63,102 nucleotides of DNA, filler included, from Lenisia limosa (GCA_001655205.1; 8 parts of 8 records of this genome joined end to end with filler, not necessarily neighbours in it), one strand, 5' to 3'. Counted from the whole stretch's first letter, positions 1 to 12,698 are shown. Notes: generated by a model from the sequence alone, not told the origin. Numbers and translations are program-made.

Positions 1-63
1 GGGGGGGGGGGGTCAGGTCAATCTTAAATAACGTTTTTTTTTTATTATTATTATTTTGAACAG

Positions 64-3000
64 TAAAGCTTGTTCTGAAAGGTAAATGGGATAAGGGTTT
101 TGTTTGAGGCTGGCCAATAGTTTTGAAGAACATAAACCTGACGTTTTATTTGAAGCCAGCGAGCCTCCCACACCGCCCCCAATCCCGCCTCCAACCACGC
201 CTCGCACCCCGCCATCTCAGGACGCAGCCTCCATTGACCCACATTTGATATGGACTTCAGGGCAGCGAACGCGAATTCTCGTTCTCATTTGGTTCCCATC
301 ATTGCTCATGGTGGTTGCTAACTCCATCTTCCTGCCATGTGGGTTGGGTTGACAGACACACTCACAAAGAGTATGGAAATTGTTTACAAATCTGTTGTTA
401 TCAAAAAAAATTCAAAATTTATTTAAAATGCCACGATATTTTTCGAATTATCACCCGTATAGCCTTGGTGGAGATTGAACAAGACTTGAATGCATCAAAA
501 GCCATGGTAACTGCTGCAGTGGCTGTCTACTCAGGTATGTAAATTGCTTGGTGTGTTGTGTAATAACCTTGATTGTTCCGCATCACAGTCAACCGAATGA
601 TGTTGGGAATAAAGTTTTTTTATTTAAGAGCCTATTTTATTCATTTCTGAAACTAAAAACGGCATTGTGTAGCTGATATAGCTACCTCGTTTTTTGGAAA
701 TTTACGTTTGGGTATTTTCAGGGGGAAAACATCTGTATATTTGATGGGCACAAAAAATTCATGAAAAAATTCACTTTTTGCTCATGAAAAATGAAAAATT
801 AATACTTGGTTGGGCCGCAATGACAGCCTGAACACGGCGGGGCATGGAATCAATTATAGACACAGCTCCTCCTTGGTAATAGCAGCCCAACCAGCTATCA
901 AACACTTCATCATGGCATTTTCGGACGATGGTCGAGCATTTTTTTTCTTCCAACGGTCAAGAAGACCCCAATGTTCGATTGGATTAAGGTCAGGAGATTG
1001 AGATGCCACTCCAAAACAGAATAATCAGTATTTTCTAAATAAGATTTAATGATCTAAAAGGTAAATTCAGACAGTGTCTTACTTTGGCAGTATGGATAGA
1101 CGCATTGTCCTTTTGAAAAATGGCCTGGTCCAATTGTAATCCAGTACATTTCATAAGGGAGTTACGGGCAAAAGGTGTCAGAATTTTTTTCCTGTAGTCA
1201 ATTGAAGTGAATCGTCTATTCATTTTGTATAAACTCCATTAGGACCAATTGCACCCCAAATCATAGCATCACCGCCACAATGTTTGAAAGTGGGAACAAT
1301 TCGCTTCATTTTTAAGGCTTCACCAACCCCTTGTTGGCTCGGAAGAGCTCAAATTTCCATAAGTCAGTCCAGCATACCTTATAATCCGAAACAGTCCAGT
1401 GTTGACGAGCGAGGCACCATTCTAGGCGATGTTGGCGATTATTTTTTTGTTTATTAGAGGGTTACGGCGGGCTTTAAAAAACCTTGTTCAGACAGGCTTA
1501 GAATGACAGCAACGCTCACTACTAATCCCTTTTTCTTCTGGAAGAGGTCTTTGTGGCGCTTGACTGAAGTGAGGGGCTTCTTAAGTACTTGTTTTAGAAA
1601 TAATGGAGTCTTCTTCCTTGGTTGTGCTTCTAGGACGACCTGAACTTCTCCTATTGAGGATACTTTCGCCTTTCTTGAATTTACTGCACCAATTCAACAA
1701 AGTAGTAACAGGTACTATGTCATAATACCTGAGCGTTTTAAGGCACGATGAATCTGGATATTCGATAAGTCATCATGGAAGAGCTGCACTACTCGTCCCT
1801 TGAGCAAGAAATTTTCACGATTATTCATGGGAATTAAAAGGGTTTCAAAAAGTAGCATTTCAATCGTTATCAAAAAGGTGCAGTAGCATTCCTATCCTTT
1901 TCAAAAAGGTGCCGTTTCCTATCGTTTTCAAAAAGGAGCAATAGTATTCCTATCGCTTCCAAAAGGTGCAGTAGCATTCCTATCGTTTTTTTAAAAAAGC
2001 AATAGCATTCCTATCGCTTCCAAAAAGGTGCAGTAGCATTTCAATCGTTTTCAAAAAGGTGCAGTAGCATTCCTAAAGCTTCCTAAAAGGTGCAGTAGCA
2101 TTTCAATCATTTTCAAAAAGGTGCAGTAGCATTCCTATCGCCTCCACAAAGGTGCAGTAGCATTCCACATTTATCTTTTTTTTTTTTCAAAAATAATATT
2201 GAAAGTGCAGTTAGAAATTAGGAGCAAAAAGTGATTTTTTTTTTTTTTTTTTTNNNNNNNNNNNNNNNNNNNNNNNNNNNNNNNNNNNNNNNNNNNNNNN
2301 NNNNTGAAAATATTCCCAGACGTAAATTTCCAAAAAAACGAGGTATATCAGCTACACAATGTCGTTTTTAGTTTCAAAAATGAATAAAATAGGCTCTTGA
2401 AATGGAAAAAAAAAACTTTATTCCAAACATCATTCCATTGAATTATATGTCTTTTTTTTGTTTCATTTCCTTAAGAGTTTTGAATTCTTAAGTTAGTTAT
2501 TCATGTTTTACATCTATTGTGTTAGTATCATTTACTCCTGTGACCTTAAAGGGATGATTGGGGTGATGCCTCTTATATGGGGCCCTTTGAGTGATGAAAT
2601 TGGAAGAAAACCGGTTTTGATAGGTTGGTGTGTTTGCACCCTTGTTTTGTTCTAATCACTTTGTTTTATAGACTGACGTTATTCATTTTGCGTTTGTTCA
2701 GCAAGCCGACTCTCTTTTTCACCATTTAGCTGGTCTATGGATTCTGTTTTTAGGCTCAGGGCTAGCTGCTTTTGTGATGGACATTTACTGTAAGTGGTGA
2801 CTGTGATGCAGGACAGTCGCAATAGGAGCCTGTAATATATTTTAACTCCATAGCCTTGATTCTCCTTCGGCTTTTGCAAGCATTCGGTGCCGCCGCGTTT
2901 GTCACTGTCGGAACCGGCATCGTGAATGACGTGTTTCCATTGAAGGCGCGGGGTGAGTGGCTAGATGGTGCATTTAGTCATTTGAAGCCGTCAATCAATA

Positions 3001-5166
3001 ATGACTACCATTTTCAATCTCATAATATTATTATTGTATAGTATACTATGATATACAGTGTAAATATGTACTGCAGTGTCACGTGTTCTGTTGAGTTTCC
3101 TTCTTTCTCCTTTGACTATTTTTATTTTAGGCAAGGCTATGTCACGGTTTACATCAGGCCCCTTGATAGGCCCGGTTGCTGGTTCGCAATGGGTTCATAG
3201 TATTGTCTAAACCCAATTTTCAATCCACAAAAGATACCATATGATACGATAAAGGGAAAAGAGGGTGGTGCTTTGGAGTGTGTGCATATGATACGATAAA
3301 GGGAAAAGAGGGTGGTGCTTTGGAGTGTGTGGTTTTGCCATTTCGAATGACGCAAAAGGCCCTATGATCGGAGGAACGGTGGCATCAGTGTTAGACTGGA
3401 GATATTGCTTCGTTGTCTTGGCGTCAGTTAGGTAGGCTTTTATCAACAGATACATCTAAGAAAAATGTATCACAATAAAACGTTATTTTTGAATGCTCCT
3501 TATATTGCATTTGGAATACCGATTAACACGCCAGTTTTTTTTGTGCCATTGCCATTCAGTTTGGGCTTCCCGAAACCCTTGGTCCGTTAGCAGTTGCGCA
3601 CCATCTGAAAGTTCCTCCTCGTGGGCGTTCTGCTATATTGTTTCTTGAGTGTTATTGATTTGTTTTACTTATTTGTCTGTATTTCTTGACCCTTTTCTTC
3701 TCCAGCTCCAAATAAGAAGAGGCAAAAGAGCCGCGTTGTCACATACGCCCTGATGGCAAGCCAGGCTCTTAGTCACCTCAAAACTCTGGACATACTAGTC
3801 TTGACGATTTTGATATCGGTTAGCTTTCTGTTTCAATTTTTTCGTTTGATTTCTGATGGCATGTCATTATTAAGCCAAGAATGGGATGTGTGAAGGCAAT
3901 GAAGTAATTGCATGTGTTGTCTCTCTTCCGTTTTACCAGCATGCCTTCATTTCCTTTCAGACGACATACTCGTCAATATTTGCCGCCATCATCACGCAGC
4001 TGCCATATGAGTTCATTGAGTGAGCTGTTGATGTACACCCGTCTCGGGTTTATTTTGAAGGAATTCCTTTTATTGTCATCTTGTAACTCTTTTTTTTTAC
4101 CAATCTTAGCCATGGGTTAAACACGTCTGAAACTGGACTGGCCTACTTACCCTTTGGTGTTGGCTGTCTTTTCGGGGTCCTCGCTGGTGGTGCCTGGGCT
4201 GATATTTTAAGAAAATCGAAAGGTAGGCAATTACTCTCTTCGAAAAATGATCTAATAAGTCTCCTAGAACACGCTCTAATATGTAATAGCATCGTAAATC
4301 ATGTGTGAGATCACCATTTGAAGCCAAATTGTAACAACTCAGGTCCGGCTGGTGGGGTTGTTCCCTCACTTGTTGCTGCTTTTTCTTCTGTCTTGACGTA
4401 TCTTTGGTTTGGCTTAACAATCAGGTGAGTTGATTTTTTAGTAAGAAAGGGTCTGAGGCATGTTAAATAGGGATGCAGTAAGTCATCGGTAATTCAAGCT
4501 TAATGCAAGTGCGCATATTATTTATTTGGCTTCCCCTTCAGACTGTTCACAGCAAAGTTAAATTGATTGTGGATATGATGTGCGGAATTCTCAAGAATGT
4601 GTTGTATAACAACCCCCCCCCATTTAGGGAGTCCCTTGTATCAGGTATCGTGTCTTTATTTCCTGCAGCCTTCTTCTACTGTATGGTGCGACCAGGTAAG
4701 GTGCTGGAGTTTACTTTTTTGCACTTTGGGATACTCATCCACGCACTGTCTTGGTTTTCCTTAGATTTTCCCACGTGTTGTCTTAATTTTATAGGTCTCC
4801 AGATATACTGTATGCAACTAAAGCCAGGAAAAGGTAAATGAGTGTCAATTTATATTTTTGACCTTTTTTTGAAGCAAGACAATTTAATTTTAGAATACCT
4901 AAGAATATGATTTACTGGTTGCATTGGAGTTATCCGACATGTTTGACCGAATAGGAGCTGCGGTTATGGCCGCAATGGTGTGTGTACAGTACCTCATGAC
5001 TATGGTCATGGTCATGGTTGCACCTCTTCTCATCGATTCCATTGGGTTCAAGACGTACCTCACACTGATAGCCCTACTTCAGGTTACGCTCTGTCTTACT
5101 TCGACTACTCTTACATTTCTGATTGAAACGAGGAAGCTCAATTTTCACCCTCTTAGGCAGTCGTAG
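64..5166 (+). CDS. MFS drug:H+ antiporter (DHA1-like), multi-exon, 5' end outside window
   Basis: Spliced exons give ...WTSGQRTRILVLIWFPSLLMVVANSIFLP / ALVEIEQDLNASKAMVTAAVAVYS / GMIGVMPLIWGPLSDEIGRKPVL (MFS motif A) / LILLRLLQAFGAAAFVTVGTGIVNDVFPLKARG / GPMIGGTVASVLDWRYCF / LPETL ... ending HPLRQS* (TAG 5164-5166). Confidence 0.9.
800..1828 (-). pseudogene. Tc1-family transposase, frameshifted
   Basis: Minus strand from ATG 1828: ...NWCSKFKKGESILNRRSSGRPRSTTKEED (HTH and GRPR linker), RLEWCLARQHWTVSDYKVCWTD (D1), IVPTFKHCGGDAMIWGAIG, IFQKDNASIHTAK (D2), W[P]SQSPDLNPIEH (E; 1-nt deletion), IIDSMPRRVQAVIAA. Several frameshifts and stops. Confidence 0.9.
1846..2168. repeat. Tandem array of about 10 x ~32-bp units inside the Tc1 element
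   Basis: Consensus AAAAAGGTGCAGTAGCATTCCTATCGTTTTCA, head-to-tail with no unique spacers, upstream of the transposase ATG. Confidence 0.9.
3237..3332. repeat. Intronic tandem duplication (~50 bp x2)
   Basis: ATATGATACGATAAAGGGAAAAGAGGGTGGTGCTTTGGAGTGTGTG occurs twice in tandem. Confidence 0.85.
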
Positions 5167-5429
5167 CCCTCCCAGCCACGCTTCTTGTCCGTAAAAGGCT
5201 CAGCCAGTTCACGCCACCAATCCCCCAATTGGAGGTCCCAAGTTGGCTCATTGAGTGTCTATCGAAATTATTTGCTTTTTGTGTTTGCTTCTGATACTCC
5301 AGCATCGCCCACACCCCTCAAAACGGCTGGGCCCGACAGTGAGCAAAGTAAGGCGTAGCATGGTAGCATTCGGATGGTAACGGTAAAGAGTTTTCTGCCA
5401 GTGTGGGCTTTTTGTTCTATTATTTCTTA

Positions 5430-7188
5430 TTATGAAGATTTTTCTCCTGATTTCATGGATACAATGTTTGGTTTCCCTAAAACTCATTTACCATCTAAAC
5501 AAGGTCAAGACAATTGAATAACAGTTTCATTCCAGTGTCTCTGACCATCTACCAACCATGTTCTTCTTTACTCAATAACAGATCGCAGCAGCAGCCAATA
5601 ACATAATACCATATCATACAGTAATAATATCTTTAGCGTAAACCCGTTTTAAAAATATCAAAACAGTTCCATTTACACCTCAAATACACCCAACCAATTT
5701 AATCCTTCTTCTTACTGTAGTCCCTGAGGAGCAACTAGGAGGTTAGAGTCCACACCATCGCTTATAGAGAGATAGGAATAAAAAAAACCTGATAGCCCCA
5801 CATACAGACTGATCATGGTGTTCCTTTTCCTCGTCCTGATTCAACTGCTCGTACTCCTTGGACTGGCCCGAAAAGATTGAAGACACTGCTGAAACTGCCG
5901 AGCTGCACATTGACTTGATCTTCTGCCCAACAGCGTCGGCTGGCACTAAGGTTTCTCGCTAGATACTTCATAAAAGGGAATATTAAAACAGTTTTATTGT
6001 ATCAAAGGAACTTGAGGTGGGGTAAGATAGATATGACGTGTAAAGCTGTACAATGAAATAGTCCGCCTACCAATCTATCTTGGCTCTTTTCCTCCTGTGC
6101 TTTCCTTGCTTTCTCGGCTTCAGCCGCATTTTGTACCTGTTGGATCTCGTACTCAGCTAAATGGGTGAAAAAGTGATCTCCTGTCACAGCATCAAAAACA
6201 CTTTCCGATAAATAAAATACAGTAGTTACTTGTAGTCACCTTTTCTCACATTGTTTTTGCTCCCAAAGAAGCTCCTAAACAATAAATGTTAACAGATGAA
6301 GTAATAATTCTTGAAGATATGATGAAATCAACAACGCACAGAACACACACCTCAGCGTGTTGCAAGGCCAAAGCCACCTGCTGGTCCGACTCAAATTGAG
6401 TCATGGACTCGGCTCCTTCAACTTCAGGGTTGGCCACTCCTGCCTCCTATAGGGGTCAATTAGCTAGGATTATTGAGTACTCTTTGATAAACCTAGAGTG
6501 TTTCATAGTAAATATTTGAGGAAAACTTTGAAAAAATAGACCCATCCCAGGTAATAAGTAACAGTTACACTAAGTCAGCCAACAATAGCAATTTCTTCAA
6601 GCCTAGATTTTGAACTTTTTCCGGAAGTGGGATGGCTTTCGTCCTTGTAGTTGAGGGGAACAAACTGGGGTGGTGCGGGGGCTGACTCATTGTCTTCAGT
6701 CATTGACACCNNNNNNNNNNNNNNNNNNNNNNNNNNNNNNNNNNNNNNNNNNNNNNNNNNNNNNNNNNNNNNNNNNNNNNNNNNNNNNNAAAAACCTGAT
6801 ATTTGGAAAATCAAACGCTCAGTATCAATTAGCGAGAGTATGGAGGAGGGGTACATCAGTGACAGAACAGAAGAAATTTTGATAAACAGATCAACAAATC
6901 TCTAGCCAACACCAAGTACCCCCATCCCCATTATGCACCCTGACTGCTTTCTACTGTACTTTTCGGAGAAAGAAACCACCTCATCAAGCATACCGGCAGG
7001 AACTGCGGTATCGTCACCACCATATTCTTCATAAACCGCAGCCACGATCTATGCGATAAAAATAAAGGATATCTCATAAAAACATAGGATTAATTGATAG
7101 GGTTGGATGTTCATACAGATGGATCAATATGCTGGAAGACACTGATGAGGTCACTCAAAGAGTTACAAGGGATCGATACAGAGGCCAT
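5430..7188 (-). CDS. Probable CUE (ubiquitin-binding) domain protein, multi-exon
   Basis: MASVSIPCNSLSDLISVFQHIDPS / IVAAVYEEYGGDDTAVPAGMLDEVVSF fits a CUE-like pattern. A later exon, FESDQQVALALQHAE, is UIM-like. The 3' exons are uncertain. Confidence 0.55.
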
Positions 7189-7636
7189 TTTGATGAACTT
7201 AAACCGATGTTAGAATGTAAGAAGTAAGCAAGGCTTTACAGCTTTACAAAGGCTTAGGTAGGAAAGCTGAAGAAAAGGAGAGAGCATTGCCAGTACCACC
7301 TATGATTTTCTTTATTTAAATGCCACCAGTGATTTAGCAGCTGTTTGGTGATCCGTTGTGGCTGTTTGTTGTTGTGTTGTTGTGTGTTAAAATTTAGAGA
7401 CTACTAAGGAGGAAGAGAGGAAGGGAATAGTTGCCGATTATTCAAATTTGAGGTTTGTCTTAAAAAAACGTAACATATTAGCATGTTGAGCAGATGTTGG
7501 GTGTCCTTTTTCATATATGATCGTATATGTATGAGCTTATGAGCTTGGAGGTTTAGCTAGAGAGGCATATGATATTCAAACAATTTCTCATATTAAAACC
7601 ACAGTGTTCTCGTTTCATGAAATACTAACAACGCAG

Positions 7637-9470
7637 ATGGAGAGTTTATTCAGAGAGATACCATATGAGCTTGAGAGGGCTCTCCAGAATGTGAGTGTTT
7701 CGAAATCTGTTCTTTGGGCAGTTACATCCGTTATACATTTTCACAACCCCAATGTCATTATTCTTCAGATGGATTTTGAGAAGTTTGAGGAATTCTACCA
7801 CTCGCTCATGAACCGATATCATACACTTGGATATGAAGACTTCTGTGAGGATGTTCAACAGTAAGCTGGGGTATATTGCCATTCTGACATTCAGATACTA
7901 TAAGCAAACCGGAGACATCTCCAATGATGATCGGCATTTCTTCCGCACAATGGTGCAGGTGGGTGGGATTCAGCACTATGGTGCAGGTGGGTGGGATTCA
8001 GCCCTATGGGATTCATTTATTTGATCTGATACACCATATTTTACTTATTTATGCCCGCACCCCCAGTTCTGCAAACACTCAGCAGCGACCTTGGATGCGT
8101 CCGCCCCAGAGGCTGACTTCATTTACACCATGATCAGCATCGACCGAGTAATTTGGGAGCTCACCATTACAACTTCTTTTGTATCCAGAATCAAATATAT
8201 TTAATATTGTCAGATTAACGGAAAGCGAATCTCTCTTGACAGGGTAAGCTGGGGTTTTTTTTTACTATATTATTATTATTTATGTGGATATTAAAGCAGA
8301 TGGTAACATTCTTTGACTCATTTTCTAGATTGTTTATGGGCGAAGGATTCTCAAACCTGTAGGGGGAGGTGATCAATATTATATATCATATATACAGATT
8401 CTGTTTTGAATTGAATCCATATGATTAATTTTTAGATTCAACATGCCATTCTTAACATTGGGGCTCAGATTCAAGAAGAAGAAGAAGAAGAAGAAGAGGT
8501 GAGAACACACAAAGTACACAGATCTCAGGATCTCACTAATTGATAGTTTTACGTATTTGGATGGGAGGCGGTGCTGTGTGTTGTCAGCCAATTTTCAAAT
8601 TTTACTCCCCCCCTTCCCGCAGAATCTTCGAAATGTTTTGCGGCCGCGTAAGTCTCCCAAGAAACTCAATACCCCTGTTAGGGATTCCCCGAAGAAAGTA
8701 AGAAGGATCACAAGTGTATCTGTTCTAGTTCTTTGAGCTTTATTGATCTGCTTAGGACATCCGTGCTCAGCTGAAGCAAAAGACAATCAGAATACCTGAA
8801 CAACCAAAGGCAGCCACCCCTGTTAAGGTGAGTTGCGCTAACTTTCAAATTCAATATTTTTACAAGCAATCTTCGTTATTTGTTTCCCTAGGTTTTAAAT
8901 GTAGTTTTATTATTTCTCTTGTTCAATTTTTTTTTTTTTTTTTTTTTTTNNNNNNNNNNNNNNNNNNNNNNNNNNNNNNNNNNNNNNNNNNNNNNNNNNN
9001 NNNNNNNNNNNNNNNNNNNNNCAGTATACCCAGAGAAAAGCACTGCCTCACCAGAAAAACAAATGGTAAAAGAGCGATCTTTGCTGCTTGGATACCTCTG
9101 TAACAATATTACCAAGAAGATAGACTTCAGTTCACCTCCCCAGGATTTCCGTGGACAGCTTCAGGCAAATAAAAAGGTTGCACCACAAAGACCGTCTCCT
9201 GTCAAGCAAAATGTATGAGGGCTGTATTGAAGTAATTTACATGCGATTTTTTGAGAATTAAAACATTGTGATGGTTTCCTCTCCCTCACCTACATACACT
9301 TCAGGACTTCCGCCACAATTTGAAGAAAAGAGTAGCGACAAAGCCTGTGAAGGCTGACTCGCCAGTCAAAGTATGCCCTTCACAATGGCAGTTCTTTGGA
9401 GTTGTACTTAGTTTTTCACCTCACTTCTTAGCAAATGGACTTCCGAAATGTTCTTAAGAAGAGATCATAG
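7637..9470 (+). CDS. Unknown N-terminal domain plus C-terminal tandem DFRxxL (MLCK-type F-actin-binding-like) repeats
   Basis: Clear GT-AG exons: MESLFREIPYELERALQN / MDFEKFEEFYHSL... / ...IQEEEEEEEE / NLRNVLRPRKSPKKLNTPVRDSPKK / DIRAQLKQKTIRIPEQPKAATPVK / [gap]...STASPEKQM / DFRGQLQANKKVAPQRPSPVKQN / DFRHNLKKRVATKPVKADSPVK / QMDFRNVLKKRS* (TAG 9468-9470). The start codon is tentative. Confidence 0.75.
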
Positions 9471-10063
9471 AAGGTAAGCAATTTTCTGTTGGTGTGGTTC
9501 TTTGCTTTTAACTTGCTTCAGGGTCGTTGGTGTTCCAGGTTGTCACTATATATCATATGATATATTTATTCCTTAACCCATTATACAATCACCACCTTGC
9601 TAACTATATTTTTACAAGAATAATCATTCGCAAAAAGAATGGATTGGTATCAAAAGACAGAACCGTTAGATGCAAAGAAATAACACTTTGAAACATAAAT
9701 AATAATAAGAAAAGGTGCAGCGTGACATGGTTAGAGCTCAAGGCCTACAAAATTAGGCAAATTTGGTCTGGGAAGAGTACTCGTGTACCAACCTCGTATA
9801 TAAGGCCATGACTTGTGATCTAGATAAACCTACACTGTAAACATGGGAAAGGTGTGTTTTCTAATTCAATTTGAAGTACATAATTGAAATGATATGGGTA
9901 CGTGAAATTGTATACTATGTGATATGATATTACATAAATAAAACAAAAAAAAAATTGTACCAGGCTGAAGCCGTCCACCATCCCATTCGGTAAAAAGAAA
10001 GCCTCCAATTTGAGTATGCTACGAGGAGTAGAAAATCATCATAATAATAAGATACATTAGTGT

Positions 10064-11160
10064 CTATAATGTGACATTACGCTCCCATGAATTCCAGACA
10101 ATTCATTTTATACACTTCATTTCGGGAGTCATGGAAAAATCATACTGACGTTATCCGTTATCCCTCTCACTTCCCTGGCAACATCCCATGCTGAAGTTAA
10201 ACCGAGCAAATTTCCTTCATCAGACTGAAATCGAATGAAAATACTTGTTCAAACAAAAGGGTGAGGAAGAAGAAAACAGTGAGAAAAATGGAACATTACT
10301 CTATATCAGATGAAGGCCCCAGTCTTTAATAACAGTAATATTAGATATAAACGTGCGAAGTATCGCCACACTTTACCGTGATTACAGCATGGTGGATTTC
10401 ATGTTGAGACATAACAGACGCTACATTATTTCTTGAGGCTTGGGGACTGACAGTTACTATTCTGAGTAAATTAGTAATTAGTACTCTGACACAGAATACA
10501 GCAATAGAAGGAAAAGAGGAAAAAGATTAAACGATGAAAGTAGTCTCACTTTGTACTCATGATGTCCCGTATCAAAGTCGAGGAATCGCATGGCTCTGGC
10601 AGTGCCAGTTTAATGAGGTCCGTTTTGGTGATGATGCCGACTGGCTGCAAGCGTAAGTGTAAGGAAAGTCGATAGTGAACATTGGAGAAAAGGAATTGTG
10701 GCCAAAACCTGATACTTCTGCTAATTAGTGACATAACAAAACAAAAGTTAAGGGGAAAACAGTCAAATATTGAAAGGAAATAGGGATGGGGTGTGTAGAA
10801 GGTAATATATGTGGAATATACCATAGAAGCATATTGATTGAGAAAAAAAAATATGTTGTAGTAATACCACAATCGAAAAACACAATTCAATTCAGACATT
10901 ACCCCCCCCCCCCCTCGCNNNNNNNNNNNNNNNNNNNNNNNNNNNNNNNNNNNNNNNNNNNNNNNNNNNNNNNNNNNNNNNNNNNNNNNNNNNNNNNNNN
11001 NNNNNNNNNNNNNNNNNNNNNNNNNNNNNNNNNNNNNNNNNNNNNNNNNNNNNNNNNNNNNNNNNNNNNNNNNNNNNNNNNNNNNNNNNNNNNNNNNNNN
11101 NNNNNNNNNNNNNNNNNNNNNNNNNNNNNNNNNNNNNAGAGCAGCAGCACTCTAATGTTG
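10064..11160 (-). CDS. CBS-domain protein, 5' part in or beyond a gap
   Basis: Exons PVGIITKTDLIKLALPEPCDSSTLIRDIMSTK / IVTVSPQASRNNVASVMSQHEIHHAVIT / DEGNLLGLTSAWDVAREVRGITDN match the CBS pair pattern. Stop at about 10064. Confidence 0.7.
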
Positions 11161-11452
11161 TTTTTTGTGTTGTTTGAGATGGTTGTGTTGTCGTTGTCGC
11201 TAGGAGGTGTAGGTTGGGAGAGGCAGATCGTGTGGATCCGCTTTTTTTCTCTTTTTCACTTTTTTTTTGTACCTGTAATCATTGACATCATTGTTTGTAA
11301 AACAATTATCATGCTGTATTTAAAGGTATTTTTTCTACTCTTGTTTTTGGTCTGAGCAGGTTGGGGGAGGGAGTTTTGTAGACGTTTTGTTCTTCACTCC
11401 AAAGGCCTCTCTCTCTCGCCTTCGTTTGAAAATCACTACCTACAACTAAAAT

Positions 11453-12572
11453 GAACATAATAAAGCGAACCGGTTTTATTTGCGATATTAGCGACACTCA
11501 TGTTCTAGTCATTGGTCAACGGAGTCCCCTCTGCCCCAGACATAATCATTGACGATTTTACATGGATGTCCGTCGCCTCAAAGCTGCGAAGTGTATCAGA
11601 AAGTGAGCTCTTTTAAAATACATTTGAACCAAGCTGGCAGCTTCAACTATCACACCAAAACCACGGTGCGGTTTAGTTTTTCATCATAATTGTTCAGGCT
11701 CGATTTGTTCGCATTATGAAGCGACTGTTGGGAAGATCTACCACAACCGTATCACGTTTGATGATACTGGCCCCGCTACTATTGATGACATCAAGGCAGT
11801 TCCAAGTTGAGGTTTGTGATGGTTAGACGTTGTTCGGGGTTGTAATGTTGTTATCACAAAGCCCCAGGGCTATGCTGAAATTTTGCTGATTCCCTCCTCA
11901 ATCAGATTTACAGCAGAGGTTTGGAAATAAAAGCTCTATTTCCAACACAAATACATATGATATGGTAAAAGAATATATAGTTAATAATCATAAATAAATA
12001 TCAAATACAATTTTATATGATATACTACAAGGGCGCGTTTGTTTTTTTTTAACCCCCCCCCCCCNNNNNNNNNNNNNNNNNNNNNNNNNNNNNNNNNNNN
12101 NNNNNNNNNNNNNNNNNNNNNNNNNNNNNNNNNNNNNNNNNNNNNNNNNNNNNNNNNNNNNNNNNNNNNATGCTTTCTAGTTCAAACAGCAAGAAGATTA
12201 TTTTTCTTATCAACAGGGTTAATGAGTGGTTACGGGAGCAATTTGAGTTACGGGTTAGTCACAAGTCCGGCTGACAGGAGTGCTATTGGAAATACCGGAT
12301 GAAGTTTTTTTTTTGGCCATCGGCTTTCCTCATCTCTCTTAGCTTCATCGTATTTAGTTCAGAGTCACCAACCGAGTGCTTACATCTGAAGAAATTCTTG
12401 CGAATTTTGAGGCCGGTCCATTTGTGAAAGATGGTGGGGGGGATTGAAACTGTCTCCATACCTAACCTGATAGCATCCTCACAATTGAGTGCAGCTTCTA
12501 CGAGGGTGGTTGTGAAATTCTTCCAGCTGGTGCTTCACTAAATCTGCATGGTGCTGAGATCGTAGTCGCCTA
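11453..12572 (+). CDS. Hypothetical protein (one gene or two), possibly ending in a LamG/ConA-like segment
   Basis: Coding-like exons HYEATVGKIYHNRITFDDTGPATIDDIKAVP (11712-11807), VTNRVLTSEEILANFEAGPFVKD and ILTIECSFYEGGCEILPAGASLNLHGAEIVVA* (TAA 12570-12572). Frame and connection across the gap are unresolved. Confidence 0.4.
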
Positions 12573-12698
12573 ACCTTTTATTATTATTGATTGTTTTTGA
12601 ATATTTATTATTGCTATTAAAAAGTTGATATTGTTTCTCATTGAATTCCGTTGTCAGCATGAAAGGCCATAGAAATAAATAAGAAACATAATATACAA

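Larger units (their letters stand above)
586..2444 (-). mobile_element. Tc1/mariner DNA transposon (DD34E), degenerate, inside the MFS intron 535-2551
   Basis: Imperfect terminal inverted repeats of about 200 bp (586-785 vs about 2218-2444, right copy interrupted by a gap; e.g. GAATGATGTTGGGAATAAAG vs CTTTATTCCAAACATCATTC). Left end starts CAGTC, and a transposase lies between the repeats. Confidence 0.9.

Noticed and set aside
1716-1729. 14-nt GT...AG segment in the Tc1 transposase N-terminus as an intron
   Set aside because: Too short to be credible; a simple frameshift in a decayed copy explains it.
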